64,000 nucleotides of DNA. Origin: a virus. The notes below the pieces were generated by a model that made no database searches, was not told the origin of the DNA, and was given only the letters and a program-made list of their open reading frames with translations. The stretch is from the IMG/VR virus record IMGVR_UViG_3300046009_011911, positions 1 to 64,000 of that record; one strand, 5' to 3'. This document shows positions 29,246 to 39,289 of this stretch, piece after piece (the first letter of the stretch is position 1; each line of letters opens with the position of its first letter). The translations under genes were made by a program, and so were the position numbers.

Positions 29246-30064
29246 ATGGAAAATAAAATTCAAGTATTTGGTGGTTTAGGTTTTGTTGGCTCTGAGTTTG
29301 TAAAACAAAATCCTGAATGTATAGTAAACGAACGACACGACTACACAGTTAAGTCAAACAATATACTTTACTTGATCAGCACCATTAGTAACTACAACAT
29401 GCTTACTAATCCCTATATTGATATAGACACTAATCTTACTACATTGATGCGGGTACTAGAACAATGCAAGAATAACAATGTTACTTTTAATTTTGTAAGC
29501 AGTTGGTTTGTGTACGGTGATACCGATATGCCTGCCAGCGAAACAAGTATCTGCAGGCCCACTGGTTTTTATTCTATTACTAAAAAGGCGGCAGAAGATT
29601 TACTAATAACCTATTCCAAAGTTTTCGATATCAAATATAGAATTTTAAGATTAGCAAATGTAGTAGGTCCAGGAGATCCTAAAGCTAGTTTAAAGAAAAA
29701 TGCTTTACAACATCTTATTAATGAATTGAAAGCAAATAGAGATATCAATATCTATGACAATGGCAATATGTATAGAGATTATGTGCATGTGGAAGATGTA
29801 GCAAGAGCTTTGAAATTAGTAATGGACAAAGGGTTGACCAATGAAATATATAACATTGGCAATGGCAAACCTATTAAATTTAAAACTATTATAGACTATG
29901 CACATAAAATTCTTGCAAGTTCCAGTAATATGCATAATATTGATCCTCCCGAATTTCATAAAATAGTGCAAGTTCATAGTATGTTCATGAATACAGAAAA
30001 GTTAAAACAATTGGGTTATAAACCCAAGTTCAACATGGAACAGATAGTAGAAGATATGATATAA
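29246..30064 (+). CDS. NAD-dependent epimerase/dehydratase
   Basis: GGLGFVG, YSITK, RDYVHVED. Confidence 0.9.
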   Translation: MENKIQVFGGLGFVGSEFVKQNPECIVNERHDYTVKSNNILYLISTISNYNMLTNPYIDIDTNLTTLMRVLEQCKNNNVTFNFVSSWFVYGDTDMPASETSICRPTGFYSITKKAAEDLLITYSKVFDIKYRILRLANVVGPGDPKASLKKNALQHLINELKANRDINIYDNGNMYRDYVHVEDVARALKLVMDKGLTNEIYNIGNGKPIKFKTIIDYAHKILASSSNMHNIDPPEFHKIVQVHSMFMNTEKLKQLGYKPKFNMEQIVEDMI

Positions 30065-30091
30065 ATATTTTGTCAGCAACTTTAAACAAAT

Positions 30092-32152
30092 ATGAATATT
30101 AAAAAAATACTGTTGTCCCCCTGGACAGCTCTACTAACTTTAGCTATTATTGTATCTATTAGAATAGCAGATCCCGCTTTTGTTGAATCTGTTAGGTTAC
30201 GGTATTTTGACAGTTTAATATTAAGTAAACCTGTAACTGAAAATAATATCTATACAGTAGATATTGATGAAGCTGCATTAGACAAATATGGCCAATGGCC
30301 TTTGCCCAGAGGTATATATGCTGAAATTATTGAGGATTTGTATAGAAGGAATGCTGGTCTTGTTGTTTTCAACGTTCTATTGCCTAATGCTGATAGAAGT
30401 AATCAAGATAATCGTTTGGTTAAAACATTAGAAAAACACGAAGTCATACTGCCTAGCGTACCCGCAGATAAAACAAGAAATACTCCTCGTAATCCAGGCA
30501 GCGTGGTTTTAGGTCCAGAATATTCTGACAGAATCGTGAACTATCCCGGTATCATTGCCAATATACCAGCCTTAGAACTTGCAGCAGCTGGTATAGGCAC
30601 AGTCCATACTTTACCTGAAATTGATGGCGTCAATAGACGAATGCCATTAATTATAGCTGTAGGAGATCGATTGTATCCTAGTTTATCAATTGAAACTCTT
30701 AGGGTAGCCGCAGGTGACACTACTGTTCAAATAAAACTAAATGAAAATGGTGTAGAAAAGTTACGGGTTCCTGCATTTGGTCCAGTGACAACAGACAGTC
30801 TTGGTCGTATATGGGTAGACTGGCAACAGCAAGCACAACAAGTAAGTTTAATGAACCTGCCTGATAATTTTGAAAAAGCAATTGTTGTGGTAGGTGTAAC
30901 AGCAGCAGGTTTATCTAATCCGGTTCCAACTAGTAAGGGTGCAGTGTTTCCGCATCATGCGCAGGCAGGAGTTATTGCAACTTTGATAAATCAAGTGGTA
31001 ATTCAACGCCCCGATTATGCAGATGGATTAGAAATTATTGCTATGATTGTGATTGGGTGTGTTATTTTATTTTTAACAAGGAAAATATATGTCGGTTTGG
31101 CTTCAGTTATTGTTTTGGTTGTCTCTAGTATTTTGGGTAGTATCTATGTTTATCAGTCCTTATTATTCCTTATTGACATTACTGCCATTACTGGCAGTAC
31201 ACTATTGGTCAGTCTTCACGCATACGGAATAAAATTTGTAAGCGAATATTTACAAAAACAACAAATTAAAAAACAGTTTGGAACTTATCTAAGCCCTGCA
31301 ATGGTTGAGAAACTGCAAAAAAATCCTGAACTGTTAACTTTAGGTGGTGAGTCCCGCGAATTAAGTATCATGTTTACTGATGTTAGAGGATTTACCAGTA
31401 TCAGTGAACATTATGGCAAAGATGTTCAGGGATTAACAAAGATTATGAATCGTTACATGACTGCCATGACTGCTAAGATTTTAGATAACCAAGGCACCTT
31501 AGACAAATATATCGGGGACGCACAGATGGCTTTTTGGAACGCACCATTAGATGATGCAGATCATGCCAAGAACGCAGTACGTACAGGTTTAGCTATGATG
31601 GGAAGTTTAGATGCATTTAATCGTGAAATTACGGCAGAAGGCGTACCGCCTTTTGGTATGGGTCTTGGCATTAATACTGACACCGTTGTGGTGGGTAACA
31701 TGGGAAGTAGTCAGCGTTTTGACTATACTTGCTTGGGTGACGGCGTCAATTTGGCATCCCGACTGGAGGGCCAGAGTAAACCGTACGGCGTCAAAATCGT
31801 ACTTGGCCCAAAAACTGCTGAATATGTAAAAGATGAGTATTTCGTTTTAGAATTAGACAAAATTGCAGTCAAAGGTAAAAAAGAGGGTGTTAATATTTTT
31901 ACAGTATTGCCTGAAACAGATGCAGGTGCATTGGCTGAATGGTTATTAGCAAAACAAGAACATGATCTGATGTTATCTTATTATAGGAAAAAACAATGGG
32001 ATCAGGCTCGCAAATTATCGCAGCAGCTTAAGGGTGAATTTGATTCTAATATGGATTTGTATTACGAAAGTTGGATTGAAAGAATCGAAGAAATGAGACA
32101 GAAAGAATTACCTGATAACTGGGATGGTACTTATGTGGCAACATCCAAATAA
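30092..32152 (+). CDS. CHASE2-domain class III adenylate/guanylate cyclase
   Basis: GQWPLPR CHASE2, three TM, FTDVRGFT, DKYIGDA, GDGVNLASRLEG. Confidence 0.92.
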   Translation: MNIKKILLSPWTALLTLAIIVSIRIADPAFVESVRLRYFDSLILSKPVTENNIYTVDIDEAALDKYGQWPLPRGIYAEIIEDLYRRNAGLVVFNVLLPNADRSNQDNRLVKTLEKHEVILPSVPADKTRNTPRNPGSVVLGPEYSDRIVNYPGIIANIPALELAAAGIGTVHTLPEIDGVNRRMPLIIAVGDRLYPSLSIETLRVAAGDTTVQIKLNENGVEKLRVPAFGPVTTDSLGRIWVDWQQQAQQVSLMNLPDNFEKAIVVVGVTAAGLSNPVPTSKGAVFPHHAQAGVIATLINQVVIQRPDYADGLEIIAMIVIGCVILFLTRKIYVGLASVIVLVVSSILGSIYVYQSLLFLIDITAITGSTLLVSLHAYGIKFVSEYLQKQQIKKQFGTYLSPAMVEKLQKNPELLTLGGESRELSIMFTDVRGFTSISEHYGKDVQGLTKIMNRYMTAMTAKILDNQGTLDKYIGDAQMAFWNAPLDDADHAKNAVRTGLAMMGSLDAFNREITAEGVPPFGMGLGINTDTVVVGNMGSSQRFDYTCLGDGVNLASRLEGQSKPYGVKIVLGPKTAEYVKDEYFVLELDKIAVKGKKEGVNIFTVLPETDAGALAEWLLAKQEHDLMLSYYRKKQWDQARKLSQQLKGEFDSNMDLYYESWIERIEEMRQKELPDNWDGTYVATSK

Positions 32153-32291
32153 TTATTATAATGCTTGGTTTGACTACTGGATATACTGTAATTTGGTAGC
32201 TCAATATTTGCCACTAATGCTGTACACTAGTTATGATGAATATTTTAAAACTGTGTGTATGAATGGAATTAAAAATAATACAAAAGTTTAA
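32133..32291 (+). CDS. Possible small protein (52 aa)
   Basis: Open frame filling the gap after the cyclase. Confidence 0.35.
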   Translation: MWQHPNNYYNAWFDYWIYCNLVAQYLPLMLYTSYDEYFKTVCMNGIKNNTKV

Positions 32292-32665
32292 CCTTCACCT
32301 GCATTAGCAGTTTGTTGATCTTCTTTATCTGGTTTTTTATCTGCCTTTTTATCTGCGTCCACTATAGCTTTTTTAAACTTACGATCCGCTTCATTATCGA
32401 CTTTAACTGCTTCTAAAACACGTTCACTTTCTATAATTTTACCTCTGAGATGAAGAACTGTGTTGACCTTCTGTTGCATTCTAATTAAATCATTATCTAA
32501 CATTCTTATGCGATCAATTAAGGCAATAAGTGTAGTGTTAGCTTCACTAAGTACAGGCTTTATTTCTTTAGTAGCCCATTCCCAAACATAATATATCAAA
32601 TACCCCATTCCTGCGGCTGCTACAATGGGGAATCCGTATTTGTTTATTAATTCAACTACATCCAC
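32288..32665 (-). CDS. GFPI-motif membrane protein
   Basis: YGFPIVAA TM segment plus coiled coil. Confidence 0.7.
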   Translation of the reverse strand: MDVVELINKYGFPIVAAAGMGYLIYYVWEWATKEIKPVLSEANTTLIALIDRIRMLDNDLIRMQQKVNTVLHLRGKIIESERVLEAVKVDNEADRKFKKAIVDADKKADKKPDKEDQQTANAGEG

Positions 32666-32846
32666 AACTATGCCCTTCCATTAAAAATTGTAACATAGGG
32701 TCTACTTTTTTCAACACAAGTTTGCCGTCATGTTCAATCATTTGCCAATAATCCCCCGACTTCCATTCTAATTTGTTTGTATTGATTTCACAGTCTGGTA
32801 TAATTACAGTAGGGCTTAGATCCCAAATATAGTCTACATACAGCAT
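32652..32846 (-). CDS. Small hypothetical protein
   Basis: ORF between two paralogs. Confidence 0.55.
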   Translation of the reverse strand: MLYVDYIWDLSPTVIIPDCEINTNKLEWKSGDYWQMIEHDGKLVLKKVDPMLQFLMEGHSCGCS

Positions 32847-32848
32847 TT

Positions 32849-33130
32849 TTAATCTCGCCTAGCATCATTTTTCCCGTCAGCTCGGGCAATACGATCTACA
32901 TCGGGTTTCAATCCTAATGCATTGCTCACAATGGTATCTATCCTTATCACATCATGGTTCATAGTCTTAACACGATTATCCAAGGCCATAATAATACCTT
33001 TTAAGCCGTTCACACTGCCAGTTACACCAGCTAAAATAAATTTAAGGGTCAAAAATACAAAGTAACCCGCAGCGATTGCACCAGCTATAGGAAATCCAAC
33101 TTCGGCAACTAATTTGAAAAATTCACCCAT
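32849..33130 (-). CDS. GFPI-motif membrane protein, paralog of 32288
   Basis: VGFPIAGA..LDNRVKTMNHDVIR vs LIDRIRMLDNDLIR. Confidence 0.7.
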   Translation of the reverse strand: MGEFFKLVAEVGFPIAGAIAAGYFVFLTLKFILAGVTGSVNGLKGIIMALDNRVKTMNHDVIRIDTIVSNALGLKPDVDRIARADGKNDARRD

Positions 33131-33154
33131 GGTAAACTCCGTTTACCAAAATAT

Positions 33155-34321
33155 TTATCGTAAAAACAATTTTCTAACGTTGTCAAAATCAACAAGGTGA
33201 ATAGGAATATCAGTATCATCATATCTTGCGTGGTTATAAATTCTTACACAAGTTTGAAAATTATTTAACAATTCGTCTACAATAATTGTTTTAAAATCAT
33301 TGTAGAAATGATTAAAATTGAATTCAAGGACAGATTGCATTTCCTTGTGCATATCTCGAAGTTGGTTCATATTTAACAATGATAATTTGCGTAGTTCGTT
33401 TACAATCATTGAAATTCTTTTATCGTTATCTGTTTCAAGATCATAACTTTCATCTATCCATCTATCAAAAGTTTGAAATCCATATGATTTCAGATATGAT
33501 AAATTATGAGCTGCACCTACTAACATAAATGGTCTTTTACTAACTATTGGTTTGAATATTTTTTCTGTTAAGTGTAGTTTATCATGATAAAAAATAGTTT
33601 CACTTACAATGTGCCATAAAGCAGATTGATATTTTTGAAGTTGGGAGCCACCACATTCTGCACTTAAAAAACCTTCGGGATTTACCTTGTCTATAATTAA
33701 TGGTCCGTTTAAAGATGTTAAATTATCTTTAATTTCTTTAAGTTTATGTTGCGGTAAAAGGGTATACGGATTATCTAATTCTTGCTTCCATGAATCAGAG
33801 TCATTGGTCAACGGTAAACTTACTGACCCATGTTGTAACAGATCGTATTTGATATATTCATTGACCAAATTAAGTCGATAGCTACGCAAATTTGTATGCA
33901 GTCTATTATAGCTTATAAATAATTTTGTGAATGGATTTTCAACTTGGGCCAAGTATTTGTAATCATTGTACCAATATAAAGATGCAAACCCGTGATAGAA
34001 ATAATACCAATCGAGAAATTGATTTTTTTTACAAACTACCTTTTTAATTTCAGACTTTTCACTGTTAGCTAAAATTTTACAAAACTTATTAGTGAACAAA
34101 GCCCGATTAATATATGTTAAAGTTTCATTTAGTATTGGTTCCTGATCATAAAAAAGCATTGAATGAAGATGGTCAGAATGAAGTCTATATTCAAAATCCC
34201 ACATAAATCTACTAGATTGTAAATCTGTTTTACCGAAAGGGTAATAATAATTAGGAGTAATTCTAGTATGTTCAAGCAAATTTTTGTATAATACGTAATA
34301 AAAGTTATCAACGGAGATCAT
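33155..34321 (-). CDS. Putative glycosyltransferase-like protein (SET..TEK..K..GF.TF..IDESYD family)
   Basis: Motif shared with 39290..40435. Confidence 0.55.
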   Translation of the reverse strand: MISVDNFYYVLYKNLLEHTRITPNYYYPFGKTDLQSSRFMWDFEYRLHSDHLHSMLFYDQEPILNETLTYINRALFTNKFCKILANSEKSEIKKVVCKKNQFLDWYYFYHGFASLYWYNDYKYLAQVENPFTKLFISYNRLHTNLRSYRLNLVNEYIKYDLLQHGSVSLPLTNDSDSWKQELDNPYTLLPQHKLKEIKDNLTSLNGPLIIDKVNPEGFLSAECGGSQLQKYQSALWHIVSETIFYHDKLHLTEKIFKPIVSKRPFMLVGAAHNLSYLKSYGFQTFDRWIDESYDLETDNDKRISMIVNELRKLSLLNMNQLRDMHKEMQSVLEFNFNHFYNDFKTIIVDELLNNFQTCVRIYNHARYDDTDIPIHLVDFDNVRKLFLR

Positions 34322-35578
34322 ATGCAAGTTAATCGAAAAAAAATTGGATTCATTGGAATAGGAAAGCTGGGACTAGACTGCGCCGAAGTAATGGCAGAAA
34401 AGCATGAAGTCCGCGGCTATGATATTTACCCTAAACAAAGTGACAGTGTAAAAGTTTGTGGTATTGAAGAACTCATCAATGAAAGTGAGTGGATTTTTAT
34501 TGCAGTACCCACCCCACATGCTGAGGGGTATGACGGCAGCGTGCCTAGCAGTCATATGGAACCTAAAGATTTTGGGCATGATGCAGTTCTAGATGCTATT
34601 GAAAATGTTAATCGCTTTGCAAAAACACAAAAGAAAGTAGTTCTAATTAGTACGGTACTGCCAGGCACGACTCGAAGAAAGTTTGTTCCGTTACTAGATA
34701 AAAAACATTTGTTCCTGTACAACCCTTATTTGATTGCCATGGGCAGTGTAAAATGGGACATGGCCAATCCAGAGATGGTTATTATTGGAACTGAAGATGG
34801 TAGTCTAACAGGTGTAGCTGGTGAACTTATTGATTTGTATAAAACTATTATGCAAAACGATCCGCGCTATGAAGTTGGCACTTGGGACGAATGCGAAGCC
34901 ATCAAGATTTTCTATAACACTTTTATCAGTGCTAAAGTTGGTTTGGTGAACATGATTCAGGATTTTGCATTGCGTATAGGTAATATTAATGTCGATATAG
35001 TGACGAATGCGTTAGCCCGTAGCACCATGCGGATTATGGGTCCAAAATATATGACTGCTGGAATGGGAGATGCAGGTGCATGTCATCCCAGGGACAATAT
35101 TGCACTACGTTGGTTGGCACAAGAGTATGACATTGGGTACGATTTGTTCGACACTGTGATGCATGCTAGAGAAATTCAAGCAGAAAATCTTGCTAAATTT
35201 TTAATTGAAGTCAGTGCCAACAATGGTGGACTTCCCATTGTGATTCATGGTAAAGCATATAAACCTGACGTGCCTTACTGTATTGGGTCTTATTCAACTC
35301 TGGTGGGTCACTATGTAACCAAACATGGACATACGGCGTTAAAATATGTAGATCCATTGGCAGATGATCCGGCTGATGTTGTAGCAGACATCGATCATCC
35401 ATCAGTGTTTTTGTGGGCACATAGTAGAAAAATTACTTATGAGTATACTGGAGAACAGGCAGATACGAAACCTTATTGCACGATACCTGATGGTTCAATC
35501 ATTGTGGATCCTTGGAGGAAACTGTCTTCTACCGAGGCTGTTAAAGTGATCCACTATGGCAACACTAGACATAGTTAA
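34322..35578 (+). CDS. UDP-glucose/GDP-mannose dehydrogenase family protein
   Basis: GIGKLG, IAVPTP, STVLPGTT, GACHPRD. Confidence 0.9.
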   Translation: MQVNRKKIGFIGIGKLGLDCAEVMAEKHEVRGYDIYPKQSDSVKVCGIEELINESEWIFIAVPTPHAEGYDGSVPSSHMEPKDFGHDAVLDAIENVNRFAKTQKKVVLISTVLPGTTRRKFVPLLDKKHLFLYNPYLIAMGSVKWDMANPEMVIIGTEDGSLTGVAGELIDLYKTIMQNDPRYEVGTWDECEAIKIFYNTFISAKVGLVNMIQDFALRIGNINVDIVTNALARSTMRIMGPKYMTAGMGDAGACHPRDNIALRWLAQEYDIGYDLFDTVMHAREIQAENLAKFLIEVSANNGGLPIVIHGKAYKPDVPYCIGSYSTLVGHYVTKHGHTALKYVDPLADDPADVVADIDHPSVFLWAHSRKITYEYTGEQADTKPYCTIPDGSIIVDPWRKLSSTEAVKVIHYGNTRHS

Positions 35579-36074
35579 ATTGCATATTGATCCGTTTTGG
35601 GATCACGAATACCGATTTCTTTACTACATTCACGAATCATTTAATGATGTCGACAGTTTGAATCGTTGGAGAAATTTAGGATATAGCGGTCTCTTTACTG
35701 GAGCAATGTGTGATATGCGTAGTCGCCAACCAAGTTGGAATTCAAAGTTTATTGAATATTTTTCCAAACTTGGTTGGAATAACATTGGTACTAGCTACTA
35801 TAGAATGGACACAGGAACAGTTCTTCCAACTCACAGTGACTTGTATACGAAATATATAGACTTATTTGGCCTACATAACAAGAAAACATCTATTTTCAGA
35901 GCAATTGTGTTCTTAGAAGATTGGCAGTCTGGACACTACGCTGAATATAACAACCAACCTTATGTAAATTGGAAGGCGGGAGACTGTGTCTACTGGCAAT
36001 ATGATTTACCTCATATGGCAGCAAATATAGGAATAGCTCCTAGATATACACTACAAATTACCGGGCATATATGA
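35556..36074 (+). CDS. 2OG-Fe(II) oxygenase-like protein
   Basis: PTHSD..PHMAAN..RYTLQITG. Confidence 0.6.
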   Translation: MATLDIVKLHIDPFWDHEYRFLYYIHESFNDVDSLNRWRNLGYSGLFTGAMCDMRSRQPSWNSKFIEYFSKLGWNNIGTSYYRMDTGTVLPTHSDLYTKYIDLFGLHNKKTSIFRAIVFLEDWQSGHYAEYNNQPYVNWKAGDCVYWQYDLPHMAANIGIAPRYTLQITGHI

Positions 36075-37084
36075 AAGTTTCAAGTAAAAATGAATACGAC
36101 ATGTTGAAATCTTGTATAGTGGGGGACGCAACTGGTGCAAGATTTCCCAAATTGGATGAAATATTTGACTATAATAAACAAATAACCAATTGGAAAGAAA
36201 CACCATTACCTGAGGGTGAATTTCCAAAACATATTATAGAAGAAACTAACGAAGATTTAGAAATCCTGTCAAACACTTTAAAATCCTTTGGAGTAGAAGT
36301 TTATAGACCAAATGATTTGGATCACAGTCACATTGTACGCACTCATGAATGGGAAACTGATGGTATGTACAAGTATTGTCCCAGGGATGTGTTATTGGTA
36401 GTAGACGACCTTGTCATTGAAGCACCCATGGTGTATAGAAGTAGACAGTTCGAGGTCAGTGCGTATTGGAAAATTAAAGTCAAAGCCATAAGAGACAATG
36501 CCAGATGGATTTCGGCACCTAAACCCAGATTGCTCACACAGGATTCATATGTTGTAGATAATAACATAGTGTTAAGTGAACGGGAGCCTATGTTCGACGC
36601 TGCAAATATATTAAGACACAATGATGACATTTTGTACTTGATCAGTAACACTGGTAATAAACTAGGTGCCAAATGGTTGCAGAATATTTTGGGATCGAAT
36701 TATCGTGTGCATGTATTGGAAAATTTGTATTCATACGCTCATATAGACAGTACCATTTCTATTCTAAGAGACGGGTTGGTCATGTTGAACGCATCACGTA
36801 TAAAATCACATAATTGTCCAGATTTCTTCGACGGCTGGAACAAAATTTATGTAGAAGATGTAATTCCGCAATCTTTTTACAATTATCCATATGCTAGTAA
36901 ATGGATAGCTATGAACGTGCTAAGTATCGATCCCAATACAGTAATTGTAGATAAGACCCAAATTAGTCTAATTAAACTAATCGAATCTTATGGAATTACT
37001 GTAGTGCCTCTGGAATTAAGACATAGTAGAACTTTGGGCGGCGGATTTCATTGTGTGACTCTTGATTTACTGCGGGTATACTAA
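36071..37084 (+). CDS. Amidinotransferase (glycine/inosamine-phosphate family)
   Basis: CPRD, FDAAN, HID, GGGFHCVT. Confidence 0.9.
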   Translation: MKVSSKNEYDMLKSCIVGDATGARFPKLDEIFDYNKQITNWKETPLPEGEFPKHIIEETNEDLEILSNTLKSFGVEVYRPNDLDHSHIVRTHEWETDGMYKYCPRDVLLVVDDLVIEAPMVYRSRQFEVSAYWKIKVKAIRDNARWISAPKPRLLTQDSYVVDNNIVLSEREPMFDAANILRHNDDILYLISNTGNKLGAKWLQNILGSNYRVHVLENLYSYAHIDSTISILRDGLVMLNASRIKSHNCPDFFDGWNKIYVEDVIPQSFYNYPYASKWIAMNVLSIDPNTVIVDKTQISLIKLIESYGITVVPLELRHSRTLGGGFHCVTLDLLRVY

Positions 37085-37094
37085 ATATCATATT

Positions 37095-37817
37095 ATGCGT
37101 AACTTTGTTGATTATAGTAGTGTGATATCAGATGCGTACGATCTTCATACAAAAAAATCTGAAATTATTGACAGAAAAAGAGAAATCTTGGACAAAGTTT
37201 TAGAATATTACAATCTGAGCCCAAAAAGTTATCTCTTTATCGGATTTAATCCTTTAATTTTTACTTTGTCCAATTCTTGTTCAGTGACTGTTTCACAGGT
37301 CAGCGATTCTATTGTGCAAACTTTAAACAAACAAAGAGCAGTAAATACTTTAAAAAACGTCCAGTCTGAAAAATTTGATTGTGTTATTGCAGCAGATGAA
37401 TTTCTGACCTTTGCAGAAACTGACGAAGAACAAAAAAATAACATAATGACACTTTGTACCTTAAGTAAAGATATAATTATAACTACAGTAAAAGACTACA
37501 AAAACCAGGACTTTAAAGATCGTGAATATAGTAGTCCTGCAATAATCAAATCACAATCAACAACAACTGCATTTACTGAAATTCACAATTGGGATTTTCA
37601 AGACAAAAATAAATGGACTACAGCAGTGTATCAACTTCAAAATGAATCTGCAGTTTGTCGTGGTTTGTATTCAAGAAGAACTTTATATTTCAAACAGTTA
37701 GCTAAATTCTGCAAAGATTATGGAGCTGCCGATTTTCTTGTGCATAAAAATTTAATGTATAAGAGTTTGATCAAAAAAAATTATGAACATGTAATCAGCG
37801 TAAGATTTGACAATTAA
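37095..37817 (+). CDS. Hypothetical protein, possibly a degenerate methyltransferase fold
   Basis: LFIGF, KFDCVIA; TAAATA at 37082. Confidence 0.5.
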   Translation: MRNFVDYSSVISDAYDLHTKKSEIIDRKREILDKVLEYYNLSPKSYLFIGFNPLIFTLSNSCSVTVSQVSDSIVQTLNKQRAVNTLKNVQSEKFDCVIAADEFLTFAETDEEQKNNIMTLCTLSKDIIITTVKDYKNQDFKDREYSSPAIIKSQSTTTAFTEIHNWDFQDKNKWTTAVYQLQNESAVCRGLYSRRTLYFKQLAKFCKDYGAADFLVHKNLMYKSLIKKNYEHVISVRFDN

Positions 37818-37835
37818 TAGAAAATATTCTATAAT
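37807..37835 (+). promoter_or_regulatory. Sigma70 promoter of uvsE (leaderless)
   Basis: TTGACA-17-TATAAT, 6 nt before ATG. Confidence 0.8.
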
Positions 37836-37841
37836 TGTTGC

Positions 37842-38885
37842 ATGACTACAATTCAACGTATTGGTTTCGCTTGCAAATGGATCGATCACCCCGATCAAAT
37901 AAACGGTATTCGACCAAAAGACGCCGCCAGAAAGTATAACACTGGCACCACCACTATTACTTGGCTAAATCGTCAAAGTAAAAATATTGCTGAACAAAAA
38001 CTTTGGGATTTGATGAAACAAAACATCGAATCTATTCGTAATTTAGTCGCAAAAGTTGGAGAACAAGAACATGAGCTTAGGATGGTTCGTCTTTCAAGTG
38101 ATATTTTGCCTGCTTTTACTGAGCCTGGCTGGCGTTACTTTTGGAAGCTACCTGATGTACAAAGATATGCAGAGCGGGAGTTTGCTAAAGTCGGAGTGCT
38201 GGCTCGGGATCGCGATGTTCGTCTTAGCTTTCATCCTGGCCAGTTCACTGTGCTTGCTAGTGATAACCCTGAGATTGTTGAACGTAGTATAGAGGAGTTT
38301 GAATATCATGCTACAATGGCCGCTTGGATGGGCTTTGCCCAAAGATTTCAAGACTTTAAAATCAATGTCCACATCGCGGGTAGAGCCGGTCCAGAAGGTA
38401 TCCGACGGGCCTATTCGCGACTCAGTCCAGAAGCCCGTAACACACTCACAATCGAAAATGAAGAAATAAGTTATGGACTGGAAGATTGCCTTAGTATTAG
38501 CGACATTGTGCCTATCGTTCTTGACATACATCATCATTGGATACGCGAAGGGGTATACATTGACCCAAATAGCGATAGCGTTAAAAGAGTGGTGGATAGT
38601 TGGCGCGGTCGTAGGCCTGCTATGCATTACAGTGTATCTCGGGAAGATCTTTTGGTGGATCATCCCCGAGACCGGGTTCCCAATTTTCAAACCTTAATGG
38701 AATCTGGGCACAAGCGACAAAAGCTTAGAGCTCACAGTGACTTTTATTGGAATGACATGGTCAATCGTTGGGCAGTTAGTTTTTTGCCCAACTTCGATAT
38801 CATGTGCGAATCCAAAGGAAAAAATCTAGCCAGTTTTGCACTGCATAAATTTCGTAAAGAAATTTTAGATCAGACTAGCAATTAA
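37842..38885 (+). CDS. uvsE: UV damage endonuclease
   Basis: RIGFAC, RLSSD, SFHPGQF, IENEE, LDIHHH, HYS, RAHSD, ESK. Confidence 0.92.
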   Translation: MTTIQRIGFACKWIDHPDQINGIRPKDAARKYNTGTTTITWLNRQSKNIAEQKLWDLMKQNIESIRNLVAKVGEQEHELRMVRLSSDILPAFTEPGWRYFWKLPDVQRYAEREFAKVGVLARDRDVRLSFHPGQFTVLASDNPEIVERSIEEFEYHATMAAWMGFAQRFQDFKINVHIAGRAGPEGIRRAYSRLSPEARNTLTIENEEISYGLEDCLSISDIVPIVLDIHHHWIREGVYIDPNSDSVKRVVDSWRGRRPAMHYSVSREDLLVDHPRDRVPNFQTLMESGHKRQKLRAHSDFYWNDMVNRWAVSFLPNFDIMCESKGKNLASFALHKFRKEILDQTSN

Positions 38886-38889
38886 AAAC

Positions 38890-39252
38890 TTACTTGGAAT
38901 TAGCTGCTTTCTTTTTAGCTACAGGTTTTTTGACTCTTGCCTTTGCTGCAGGAACCGGTTTCTTAGCTGCAGGCTTACTTGGTTTTTTGGGTTTTTCAAC
39001 TGAAACAGTTTCTTTAACTGTGGCAGATTCTACCTTAGTGTCAGCCACAACTTCTAAGGGTTTGATTGCAACTTGTTCAGTTGCTTTAGCCGGTGTAACA
39101 ACAGGTTCAATTGATTCTACTTTGTAAGGTGCTTCACTTTCTTCTTTAACTAATCTTGCTTTAGTATCTGCATCAGATTTCTTCTGCCAGGTATAGTTAA
39201 GCCACCATGCTGCACCAATTGCTGCAATGAAAAAAAGTATTAGTAATTCCAT
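38890..39252 (-). CDS. Membrane-anchored Lys/Ala/Pro-rich protein
   Basis: N-terminal TM, KP-rich tail; TATAAATA at 39287-39294 (minus) and SD. Confidence 0.7.
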   Translation of the reverse strand: MELLILFFIAAIGAAWWLNYTWQKKSDADTKARLVKEESEAPYKVESIEPVVTPAKATEQVAIKPLEVVADTKVESATVKETVSVEKPKKPSKPAAKKPVPAAKARVKKPVAKKKAANSK

Positions 39253-39289
39253 AATAGATCTCCTATATTATCATTCAAGATGAAATTAT

